Source: an uncultured bacterium
GTDB taxonomy: Bacteria; Pseudomonadota; Gammaproteobacteria; Burkholderiales; SG8-39
Assembly: GCA_963923385.1 (NCBI GenBank)
Contig: CAWUMP010000001.1
Location: forward strand, 1 to 30,117
Length of the DNA: 30,117 bases
Reading direction: 5' to 3'
Made by a program: the position numbers and the translations under genes. Shown in pieces: positions 9,019-16,521 of this stretch; within the stretch, counting starts at the first letter, position 1; each line of letters opens with the position of its first letter. The notes under the pieces were generated by a model. The model saw only the letters and a list, made by a program, of their open reading frames with translations, was not told where the DNA came from and searched no databases.

Positions 9019-10490
9019 ACGCACCAGAGCTTGCTGCAGTACTCGATTGGGATCATCGCTTCACCCGCTTGCCCGAAACGTTTTACACACGCCTCGTACC
9101 CACGCCGCTACCCGATCCATATTTAGTGGCGTTTAACCCAGATGCCGCTGCATTGATTGGTTTAGATGCGCAGGCCGCGCGTCACCCCGCGTTCATCGAA
9201 ACATTGATTGGTAATCGCGTACCGAGCGGTGCCGATCCTTACGCAGCCATTTACGCCGGGCATCAATTTGGGACGTTCGTCTCGCAACTCGGCGATGGCC
9301 GCGCCATTACATTCGGCGATGTACGCGGCCCCGATGGTCGACATTGGGATATCCAACTCAAAGGCGCCGGACAAACGCCGTACTCACGTATGGGTGATGG
9401 CCGCGCTGTGCTACGTTCATCGATTCGCGAATACCTTTGCTCTGAGGCCATGCATGGTCTTGGGATCCCAACCACGCGAGCGCTGGCAATTGTTGGCAGC
9501 AATGCACGGGTACGGCGCGAACAATTTGAAACCGCCGCAGTGGTCACACGCATGGCACCGTGTCATGTGCGTTTTGGATCGTTTGAACTGTTTTATCACC
9601 GTCGTCAATACGCCGAAGTGCGGCAACTTGCCGATTGGGTCATCGACGAACACCTACCGCAACTGCGCGATCAAACGCAAGCTTACGTGGCCTTGCTCGA
9701 CACGGTGGTTACACGCACCGCGCAACTGATAGCGCAATGGCAAGCCGTGGGCTTTTGCCATGGCGTCATGAATACCGACAACATGTCGATTCTCGGACTC
9801 ACGCTCGATTATGGCCCGTTTGGATTTTTAGATGGCTTTGACGCCCATCACATCTGCAACCATTCAGATGATCGCGGTCGATATGCCTACGACATGCAAC
9901 CACGGGTAGCGCAATGGAATTTATATTGCCTAGGGCAAGCACTGTTGCCGCTGATGGATATCGAGCAAGCAGAACACACCCTCGAGCAATTTACCGAACG
10001 CTATCGCTTAGCGTACGAAACCCGCATGCGCCATAAATTGGGGCTGGTGACTGCACACACTGATGACCCCATCCTGATCAGCGACTTACTCGACTTAATG
10101 CACGCATCGCGCACCGACTTCACGCGGTTTTTTCGCGCACTCGCTGATTTTTCATTGAACGCATCTAGTCAAAGTGCATTACGTAATGAATTTGTCGACC
10201 GCGATGCCTTTGATGCATGGGCACAACGTTATGCCGCGCGCTTAACGCAAGAAGCGCGCGACACCCAGGCGCGTCGTGTCGCGATGCTGGCCACCAACCC
10301 GTGTTACGTTTTACGTAATTGGATGGCAGAAGAGGCCATTCAACGCGCGCGCGACTTAGGTGATTACGGCATGATTCGCGAGCTGCATCAATTGTTACGC
10401 ACACCCTTTACCGAACAAGAAGGTATGCAACGTTACGCGGCGCTGCCACCAGATTGGGCCACACATATTTCGGTGAGCTGTTCTTCTTAA
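9015..10490 (+). CDS. selO: Protein adenylyltransferase SelO (YdiU)
   Basis: YAGHQFG, QLGDGRA, QLKGAGQTPYSRMGDGRAVLRSSIREYLCSE, HGVMNTDN, DYGPF, C-terminal VSCSS; GTGA overlap with the upstream stop. Confidence 0.96.
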   Translation: MNAPELAAVLDWDHRFTRLPETFYTRLVPTPLPDPYLVAFNPDAAALIGLDAQAARHPAFIETLIGNRVPSGADPYAAIYAGHQFGTFVSQLGDGRAITFGDVRGPDGRHWDIQLKGAGQTPYSRMGDGRAVLRSSIREYLCSEAMHGLGIPTTRALAIVGSNARVRREQFETAAVVTRMAPCHVRFGSFELFYHRRQYAEVRQLADWVIDEHLPQLRDQTQAYVALLDTVVTRTAQLIAQWQAVGFCHGVMNTDNMSILGLTLDYGPFGFLDGFDAHHICNHSDDRGRYAYDMQPRVAQWNLYCLGQALLPLMDIEQAEHTLEQFTERYRLAYETRMRHKLGLVTAHTDDPILISDLLDLMHASRTDFTRFFRALADFSLNASSQSALRNEFVDRDAFDAWAQRYAARLTQEARDTQARRVAMLATNPCYVLRNWMAEEAIQRARDLGDYGMIRELHQLLRTPFTEQEGMQRYAALPPDWATHISVSCSS

Positions 10491-10512
10491 AATTTTTTTC
10501 ATCAGGTGCTTA

Positions 10513-11268
10513 ATGGATCTACAGATCGCCAATAAAACCGCACTCGTGACTGGCGCTAGCACGGGCATTGGTCGCGGCATTGCCAAAGCGCTTGCAGCCG
10601 AAGGAGTACATGTGGCGATTGCTGCACGTCGCACGTCACTGTTACATGAACTCGCCGCAGAAATTGTGGCCGATGGCGGTCAATCTCCGGTGGTGATTGC
10701 CTGCGATCTTTACGCCGACGATGCGGCACGCACCTTGGCCAGTCACGCACTCGACGGTTTAGGTAGCGTGGATATTTTGATCAACAACGCCGGTGGCTCG
10801 CGCGCCTTTAGTGATTTACATGTCTCGGAAGAACGTTGGCAAGAAGCGATGACCTTAAATTTTCATCGGCCACGTCAATTAGCCGATGTGTTGATCGATC
10901 AAATGATTGCTCGCAAATGGGGCCGTATTATCAATATCACCGGTAAAAGCGAACCCGATCATGTGAATGGTGCGTTCTGCGCCAAAGCCGGCATTCATAG
11001 CTGGGCCAAAGGACTGTCGCGTATGGTGGGTAAGCACGGCATCACCGTCAATTGCATTCCACCCGGACGCATTCACTCCGAACAAATCTTGCGCAACTAC
11101 ACGCCAGAATATCGTCAGTGGCAAGCCGACAATGAAATTCCGATGGCGCGTTATGGCGAACCCGAAGATCTCGCCAATTTAGTGTGTTTTCTGGCCTCGC
11201 CTCGCGCAAGTTACATCACAGGTGCAGTCATTCCCGTGGATGGTGGATTACGTCGTTATCAGTTTTAG
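10513..11268 (+). CDS. Atypical short-chain dehydrogenase/reductase (no YxxxK tyrosine)
   Basis: TGASTGIGRG nucleotide-binding motif, AARR, INNAGG, NCIPPGRI, VDGG; the catalytic segment reads AFCAK. Confidence 0.9.
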   Translation: MDLQIANKTALVTGASTGIGRGIAKALAAEGVHVAIAARRTSLLHELAAEIVADGGQSPVVIACDLYADDAARTLASHALDGLGSVDILINNAGGSRAFSDLHVSEERWQEAMTLNFHRPRQLADVLIDQMIARKWGRIINITGKSEPDHVNGAFCAKAGIHSWAKGLSRMVGKHGITVNCIPPGRIHSEQILRNYTPEYRQWQADNEIPMARYGEPEDLANLVCFLASPRASYITGAVIPVDGGLRRYQF

Positions 11269-11282
11269 TGGTACGTCACACT

Positions 11283-12281
11283 GTGCGAGCAAATCTTTCT
11301 CTGCGCTTGTATCGCTGCATTCTGCAGTGTGGTTGCGCCATGGTTGTATTGAGTTTGAGTGCGTGGTGTATCGCGCAACCTCAGTGGCCCAACAAACCCA
11401 TTCGTTTGGTGGTGCCCTTTGCACCTGGAGGGACCTCTGAAATCGTAGCGCGCACCGTGGCCAATGAACTTGGCCGGCAATGGGGCGAAACCGTGGTGGT
11501 TGAAAACAAACCCGGTGGCGCAGGCACCGTGGCGATGCAAGATGTGGCGCGCGCGGCGCCCGATGGCTACACACTCATTCTTGGTCACGTGGGCACGTTG
11601 GCAGTCAATCCCTACATGCTCAACAATCAACCTTACGATGTGAATCGTGATTTTCAGCCCATCACGTTGTTGGCCAAAGTGCCGAATGTGTTTGTGATTC
11701 ACCCAAATGTACCGGCTAAAGATTTTCGAGAATTTGTGGCCTACGCCAAACGTAATCCTGGACGCATGAATTACGGTTCTGCAGGAAACGCCAGTGCCGG
11801 CCATCTGGCAATGGAATATCTCAAACTCGTGACTGGTATGTTTATCACGCACATTCCGTATCGAGGCACCGGACCGCAACTGACCGACTTGTTAGCCGGA
11901 CGCACCGAAGCTTCATCAGCGGGCTTGCCTGCGTTGGCACCACACATCAAATCAGGCAAATTGCGCGCGATTGCTGTGGGCACACAACAGCGCATTCCGG
12001 CCTTACCCGACATACCGACTGTGGCAGAACTGGGCTACCGCCACTTTGAAACTGCGCAGTGGTACGGCTTACTCGCCCCGGCGGGGATCCCCAGTGATAT
12101 TGCTCGACGCATCCAAGAGGACACGCAAAAGGCGTTACGTGCAAACGCCGTGACCGAACGCTTTGCAGCAGACAACGCCCTACCCGGCGGCGGCCCAGCT
12201 GTTGAATTTGCCAACTTCATCACCCAAGAACAAAAAATCTGGAGCGACATCGTACGTCGCGCAAAAATTAAACCAGATTAA
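11283..12281 (+). CDS. Bug/TctC-family tripartite tricarboxylate transporter substrate-binding protein
   Basis: WPNKPIRLVVPFAPGG, VVVENKPGGAG, APDGYTL, YGSAGNASAGHL, HIPYRGTGP. The ORF-track start 11184 overlaps the SDR; GTG 11283 or ATG 11340 is more plausible. Confidence 0.93.
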   Translation: MRANLSLRLYRCILQCGCAMVVLSLSAWCIAQPQWPNKPIRLVVPFAPGGTSEIVARTVANELGRQWGETVVVENKPGGAGTVAMQDVARAAPDGYTLILGHVGTLAVNPYMLNNQPYDVNRDFQPITLLAKVPNVFVIHPNVPAKDFREFVAYAKRNPGRMNYGSAGNASAGHLAMEYLKLVTGMFITHIPYRGTGPQLTDLLAGRTEASSAGLPALAPHIKSGKLRAIAVGTQQRIPALPDIPTVAELGYRHFETAQWYGLLAPAGIPSDIARRIQEDTQKALRANAVTERFAADNALPGGGPAVEFANFITQEQKIWSDIVRRAKIKPD

Positions 12282-12343
12282 TTATTAGTAAAGCCAAAAT
12301 AAAAAATTAGATTTTCCAGTCAGCGATCTTGCGTAGCAACGAC

Positions 12344-12488
12344 TCACTGACTTCTCGCCTTCTCCTGCAACCAAATTTTTAGCAGCGATTGATAAGCTAC
12401 ATCACGTGCGTTGGCAGCCATCTTCAGCGAATCGAGTAAATGCTGTGGCAGGCTCAGTGAGATTGTCTTTGTCGTTGCCCTTGGGCAT
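12344..12488 (-). pseudogene. Remnant of a BrnA/CopG-type ribbon-helix-helix antitoxin gene
   Basis: Manual minus-strand translation 12478-12344 gives ATTKTISLSLPQHLLDSLKMAANARDVAYQSLLKIWLQEKARSQ*, matching the recalled BrnA-family C-terminus (KPTTKTISLRLP..LL..K..AN.RDVPYQSL.K.WL.E). In-frame stop at 12496-12494; the nearest upstream ATG (12488) is one base out of frame. Not in the ORF track. Confidence 0.75.
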
Positions 12489-12568
12489 TTCCTTCATCCC
12501 AGTTAAAGCCCGGGATTTAGGTGAGGTCAATGATTATTTTTTTGTATTACCATCATGTACAAGTGTGA

Positions 12569-12604
12569 GTCTGCTGAAGGGTCTGCTGAAGGTTTTGCCG
12601 AAGG
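12569..12604 (+). repeat. 12-bp tandem repeat, 3 units
   Basis: GTCTGCTGAAGG at 12569-12580 and 12581-12592 (identical), TTTTGCCGAAGG at 12593-12604 (degenerate). Confidence 0.75.
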
Positions 12605-12726
12605 CTCTCGCCCGCCTCATTTCGATCAGAAGAACGGGCGTCCACCCCAAACATCAAGCGCGTGAGCAACGCTAGAACTGCCGCAGTTTCAACCAAGAAC
12701 GCCGAGAAAACTCCTTAACCACAGAT

Positions 12727-12746
12727 AACCAACGATCGTTTTAAAA
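12727..12746 (-). repeat. Copy 2 (inverted) of the motif with core AACGATCGTT
   Basis: The reverse complement reads TTTTAAAACGATCGTTGGTT; it differs from 6384-6402 by one indel and one mismatch. Confidence 0.4.
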
Positions 12747-12780
12747 GCCTCGGTGGATGTCCAATGACGGGCTGCCCACT

Positions 12781-12786
12781 TACAAT
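12781..12786 (+). promoter_or_regulatory. Candidate sigma70 -10 element (TACAAT) for mutS
   Basis: TACAAT ends 16 bp before ATG 12803; no convincing -35 seen. Confidence 0.35.
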
Positions 12787-12802
12787 AGTGCCCGTGACCT
12801 CC

Positions 12803-15361
12803 ATGACCGCGCCAACACCCGCCGCACACACCCCAATGATGCAGCAATACCTCGCCCTCAAGGCCGCGGTGGTGCGCGATCACGGTGACATCTTGCTGTT
12901 TTATCGCATGGGTGATTTTTACGAGTTGTTTTTTGAAGACGCAGAAAAAGCCGCGCGATTACTCGACATCACATTAACTGCACGTGGCGCCTCTGCCGGT
13001 CAGCCAATCAAAATGGCCGGTGTGCCATTTCACGCCGCCGAGCAATATTTGGCGCGCTTGGTCAAGCACGGTGAATCAGTCGCGATTTGCGAACAAGTCG
13101 GAGATGTTGCAACCAGTAAGGGACCTGTCGAACGCAAGGTAGTGCGCATCGTCACACCCGGCACGCTTACCGATGCCGCCTTGTTAGATGACAAAGCCGA
13201 GAGCTTATTGTTAGCTATCTCGGTTGAACCCAACAGCATTGGTTTAGCTTGGTTATCGCTGGCCAGTGGCGCGCTGCGTGTGACGGAGATTGCACCTCAA
13301 GCGCTGTTGAGTGAGTTGCGCCGCATTGGTCCGGCCGAAATCTTGCTCGCTGCCGAGAGCCTCGATGAAACAGTACTACATGGATTTTCATTAACGCATC
13401 TTGCCGCGTGGCAATTTGATCGCGCTGCTGGCGAGCGCCAATTACTTGATCAGTTCAAGACCAATTCATTGGCCGGTTTTGGTTGCGAAGATCTCGGGCC
13501 CGCCATTGGCGCATGCGGAGCGCTGTTGGATTACGCACGCAAAACACAAGGGCAATCGTTAGCGCATGTGGTGTCACTCACAGCCGAACGCAGTGGTGCG
13601 TTTGTGCGACTCGATCCAGCCACCCGTCGCAATCTCGAACTCACCGAAACACTGCGCGGCGAAGCTGCGCCGACGTTGTTTTCGTTGATGGATGTCTGCG
13701 CAAGCAGCATGGGCAGCCGACTGTTACGTTATTGGCTACACCATCCATTGCGCGATCGGGACACGCTGCAAGCGCGTCACGCAGCCATTGCGATGCTACA
13801 AAACACCGCGCAGCATATTTTGCAGGCCTTGCGACAAATTTCTGATCTGGAGCGCATCACCGCGCGCGTGGCGCTCAAGAGTGCGCGGCCACGGGATCTG
13901 TCTAGCCTACGCGATAGCCTTGCGCAGTTGCCGCAGCTCGCGCAACAACTGCCGCATCAAGACGCGTTACTACAAGCAATCGCTGCGCAGCTATCTCGCA
14001 CGCCCAATTGCCTCGCAACACTCACGCAAGCCATCGCACCCGAACCGTCTGCACGTATCCTAGATGGTGGAGTGATTGCCGAGGGCTATCACTCCGAGCT
14101 CGATGAATTGCGTCGCTTACAAACCAATGCCGGTGAGTTTTTGCTCGAACTCGAAACCCGCGAACGCACACGTACAGGTATTGCCAATCTGAAGGTGGAA
14201 TACAACCGGGTGCATGGGTTTTATATTGAGGTCACCAACGCACAAACCGAAAAAGTGCCCGACGATTACCGCCGCCGGCAAACGCTCAAAAATGCTGAGC
14301 GTTACATCACGCCAGAATTAAAAGCGTTTGAAGATAAAGCGCTCTCGGCACGTGATCGTGCACTGGCGCTCGAAAAATCGTTGTACGACGCGCTGCTTGA
14401 GCAACTCGCGCCAGATGTGCCAGTGTTACTTGAACTGGCGCGCGCCGTGGCACAACTCGATGTACTGTGTGCGTTTTCACAACTCGCGCAATTGCATCAG
14501 TGGTGCGCACCGCAGTTTGTCCAAGCGCGTTTTCTCGATATTCAAGCCGGTCGACATCCGGTGGTCGAAGCGCAAGTCGAGCAATTTATTGCCAACGACA
14601 CGCGCTTAAGTAACACGCGCCAACTGCTGTTAATCACGGGCCCCAACATGGGTGGTAAATCGACCTACATGCGTCAAGTGGCGTTGATTACGTTGCTCGC
14701 CCATGTGGGTAGCTTTGTACCTGCCACCGCGGCGCGTATCGGGCCAATTGACCAAATCTTTACGCGTATTGGTGCCTCCGATGATCTGGCTGGGGGTCGC
14801 TCTACGTTTATGGTCGAGATGACCGAAGCGGCCAATATTTTGCATAACGCCACCGAACACAGTTTGGTGCTGATGGACGAAGTAGGACGCGGCACCTCAA
14901 CCTTTGATGGCTTAGCACTCGCGTGGGCGATTGCGCGTCATTTACTTGAACATAATCGCGCGTTGACTTTGTTTGCCACGCACTACTTCGAGCTCACACG
15001 CATCAGTCAAGATTATCCGCAAGCCGCGAACGTGCATCTCGACGCCATTGAGCATCAAGATCGGATTGTGTTTTTGCATGCCGTTGAAGAAGGTCCCGCC
15101 TCACAAAGTTACGGACTCCAAGTAGCGGCGCTCGCTGGTGTGCCCAAGAGCGTGATTCGTCAAGCGCGTCGCACCCTTCAACAGCTCGAAGACAACGCCC
15201 CCAACCGCAGTGCGCAAACAGATTTATTTACCGTCAGCGCCGAACCCGAACCAACCGAACCCGCTATCGATCCTATGCGTGCGGCACTGACGCAAGTCAA
15301 TCCAGATACACTCACGCCGCGCGATGCGCTTGAATTACTTTACCGATTAAAGGTCCTATGA
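12803..15361 (+). CDS. mutS: DNA mismatch repair protein MutS
   Basis: [19 protein letters not shown] mismatch-binding motif, [14 protein letters not shown] Walker [32 protein letters not shown], clamp-binding-like QTDLF. Start 12803 preferred over 12764. Confidence 0.98.
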   Translation: MTAPTPAAHTPMMQQYLALKAAVVRDHGDILLFYRMGDFYELFFEDAEKAARLLDITLTARGASAGQPIKMAGVPFHAAEQYLARLVKHGESVAICEQVGDVATSKGPVERKVVRIVTPGTLTDAALLDDKAESLLLAISVEPNSIGLAWLSLASGALRVTEIAPQALLSELRRIGPAEILLAAESLDETVLHGFSLTHLAAWQFDRAAGERQLLDQFKTNSLAGFGCEDLGPAIGACGALLDYARKTQGQSLAHVVSLTAERSGAFVRLDPATRRNLELTETLRGEAAPTLFSLMDVCASSMGSRLLRYWLHHPLRDRDTLQARHAAIAMLQNTAQHILQALRQISDLERITARVALKSARPRDLSSLRDSLAQLPQLAQQLPHQDALLQAIAAQLSRTPNCLATLTQAIAPEPSARILDGGVIAEGYHSELDELRRLQTNAGEFLLELETRERTRTGIANLKVEYNRVHGFYIEVTNAQTEKVPDDYRRRQTLKNAERYITPELKAFEDKALSARDRALALEKSLYDALLEQLAPDVPVLLELARAVAQLDVLCAFSQLAQLHQWCAPQFVQARFLDIQAGRHPVVEAQVEQFIANDTRLSNTRQLLLITGPNMGGKSTYMRQVALITLLAHVGSFVPATAARIGPIDQIFTRIGASDDLAGGRSTFMVEMTEAANILHNATEHSLVLMDEVGRGTSTFDGLALAWAIARHLLEHNRALTLFATHYFELTRISQDYPQAANVHLDAIEHQDRIVFLHAVEEGPASQSYGLQVAALAGVPKSVIRQARRTLQQLEDNAPNRSAQTDLFTVSAEPEPTEPAIDPMRAALTQVNPDTLTPRDALELLYRLKVL

Positions 15362-16275
15362 ATCGTTTGACGAAGCGCATCTGGCTGTCACGTATCGCAA
15401 GCCTGTTGTTTGTGTTATTGCTCGGTGCTTGCGCATCTACGCCGTCGTTTTACCGCGCACCGTTTGAATTTGCGCTGTTGGGCGATACCCCCTATTCCGA
15501 TGCAGACGTTGTGCGCCTCGATCAAGTGATCGATCAAATCAATACGGCACAACCCGCATTTGTGGTGCATTTAGGCGACATCACCGCAGGCCGTGGCCCG
15601 TGTTCTGATGCTTGGTTAGAAGCTCGCAAAGTGCAATTCATGCGCTTTCAAGCCCCGTTTGTTTTAACGCCTGGCGATAACGACTGGACCGATTGCCATC
15701 GCACGGGGTTTGATCCTCTGGAGCGCTTAGAAAAAATGCGCGTGTTGTTTCATGGCGCGCCACCCACCGCGTTGCGTGCTGCACAACAGTCTGGCGCTTA
15801 TACAGAACATGTTCGTTGGCAAGCAGGCGGCGCGGTGTTTGTCACCATCAATGTGCCTGGCAGCAACAACAATCTTGGACGCACACCTGCAGCCGATGCA
15901 GAACATTACGCACGTATGCCGCAGGTGTTGCGTTGGTTATCGGAAGCAGTACAAGCGGCAAGCGCAGCTGATGTGCACAGCTTGTTTGTCATGTTCCAAG
16001 CCAACCCAGATTTTGAAGGCACCTATCCCCCGCCCAAAGGCGCACCCGATGGTTTTGCGAGTTTGCGCGCCGCCTTAATTCAACACGCGCAAACCTTGGG
16101 TAAGCCCCTGATCGTGGTGCATGGCGATACCCACGCGTTTAAACACGATCGTCCGGTCGCGGCAGCACCCAATCTCGTGCGGATTGAGGTGGATGGTTGG
16201 CCCACCGTGGGGTGGTTGCGCATCGGGCTCGGCCCGGGTAGCACGCTACAAATCGAGCGACATCGCTTGCCCTAG
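15358..16275 (+). CDS. Putative lipoprotein, calcineurin-like metallophosphoesterase
   Basis: Basic N-terminus, hydrophobic stretch and lipobox LLGAC; metal-binding-like motifs [23 protein letters not shown]; ATGA overlap with the mutS stop. Confidence 0.8.
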   Translation: MNRLTKRIWLSRIASLLFVLLLGACASTPSFYRAPFEFALLGDTPYSDADVVRLDQVIDQINTAQPAFVVHLGDITAGRGPCSDAWLEARKVQFMRFQAPFVLTPGDNDWTDCHRTGFDPLERLEKMRVLFHGAPPTALRAAQQSGAYTEHVRWQAGGAVFVTINVPGSNNNLGRTPAADAEHYARMPQVLRWLSEAVQAASAADVHSLFVMFQANPDFEGTYPPPKGAPDGFASLRAALIQHAQTLGKPLIVVHGDTHAFKHDRPVAAAPNLVRIEVDGWPTVGWLRIGLGPGSTLQIERHRLP

Positions 16276-16283
16276 CGTCTGAC

Positions 16284-16335
16284 AGCGCATCGGTTTACGC
16301 AGCGATGCACGCCAACATCGCATGATGGATGCGCT
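16284..16335 (+). other. Nested inverted repeats downstream of the phosphoesterase gene
   Basis: AGCGCATC (16284-16291) / GATGCGCT (16328-16335) enclosing GCGATG (16302-16307) / CATCGC (16316-16321). Confidence 0.5.
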
Positions 16336-16436
16336 TGGCACTACAATGAAGCGTTGTGAATTTGCGCCCCGCTGCTTAGCCTTTGTTTTCACTTCAAAAT
16401 TCCCTGCCATCTCATTGCGTCGATACGGTTGATCAA

Positions 16437-16452
16437 TGGCACAGCCCTTGCG
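16437..16452 (+). promoter_or_regulatory. Sigma54 (RpoN) -24/-12 promoter
   Basis: TGGCAC-AGCCC-TTGCG: GG at 16438-16439 and GC at 16450-16451 with exact N10 spacing, about 70 bp upstream of ATG 16522. Confidence 0.75.
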
Positions 16453-16521
16453 TTGATTTTTTTTGAATAGATGCAGTACGGTAATAACAACCCAGTTCTT
16501 TTTTCAACGGAGTTTGACCTC

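Noticed and set aside
10473-10490. Possible selenocysteine in SelO
   Set aside because: The C-terminus is VSCSS with Cys encoded by TGT and a TAA stop; there is no in-frame TGA to recode.
11265-11879. 204-aa minus-strand ORF
   Set aside because: Almost entirely antisense to the well-supported Bug gene, with no recognisable motifs; typical shadow ORF.
12406-12675. 89-aa plus-strand ORF in the bug-mutS gap
   Set aside because: GTG start, no recognisable family, and its first part overlaps the better-supported minus-strand BrnA-like remnant.
16336-16351. Second TGGCAC as a sigma54 promoter
   Set aside because: No GC at the -12 position (TGGCACTACAATGAAG); only the 16437 site fits.
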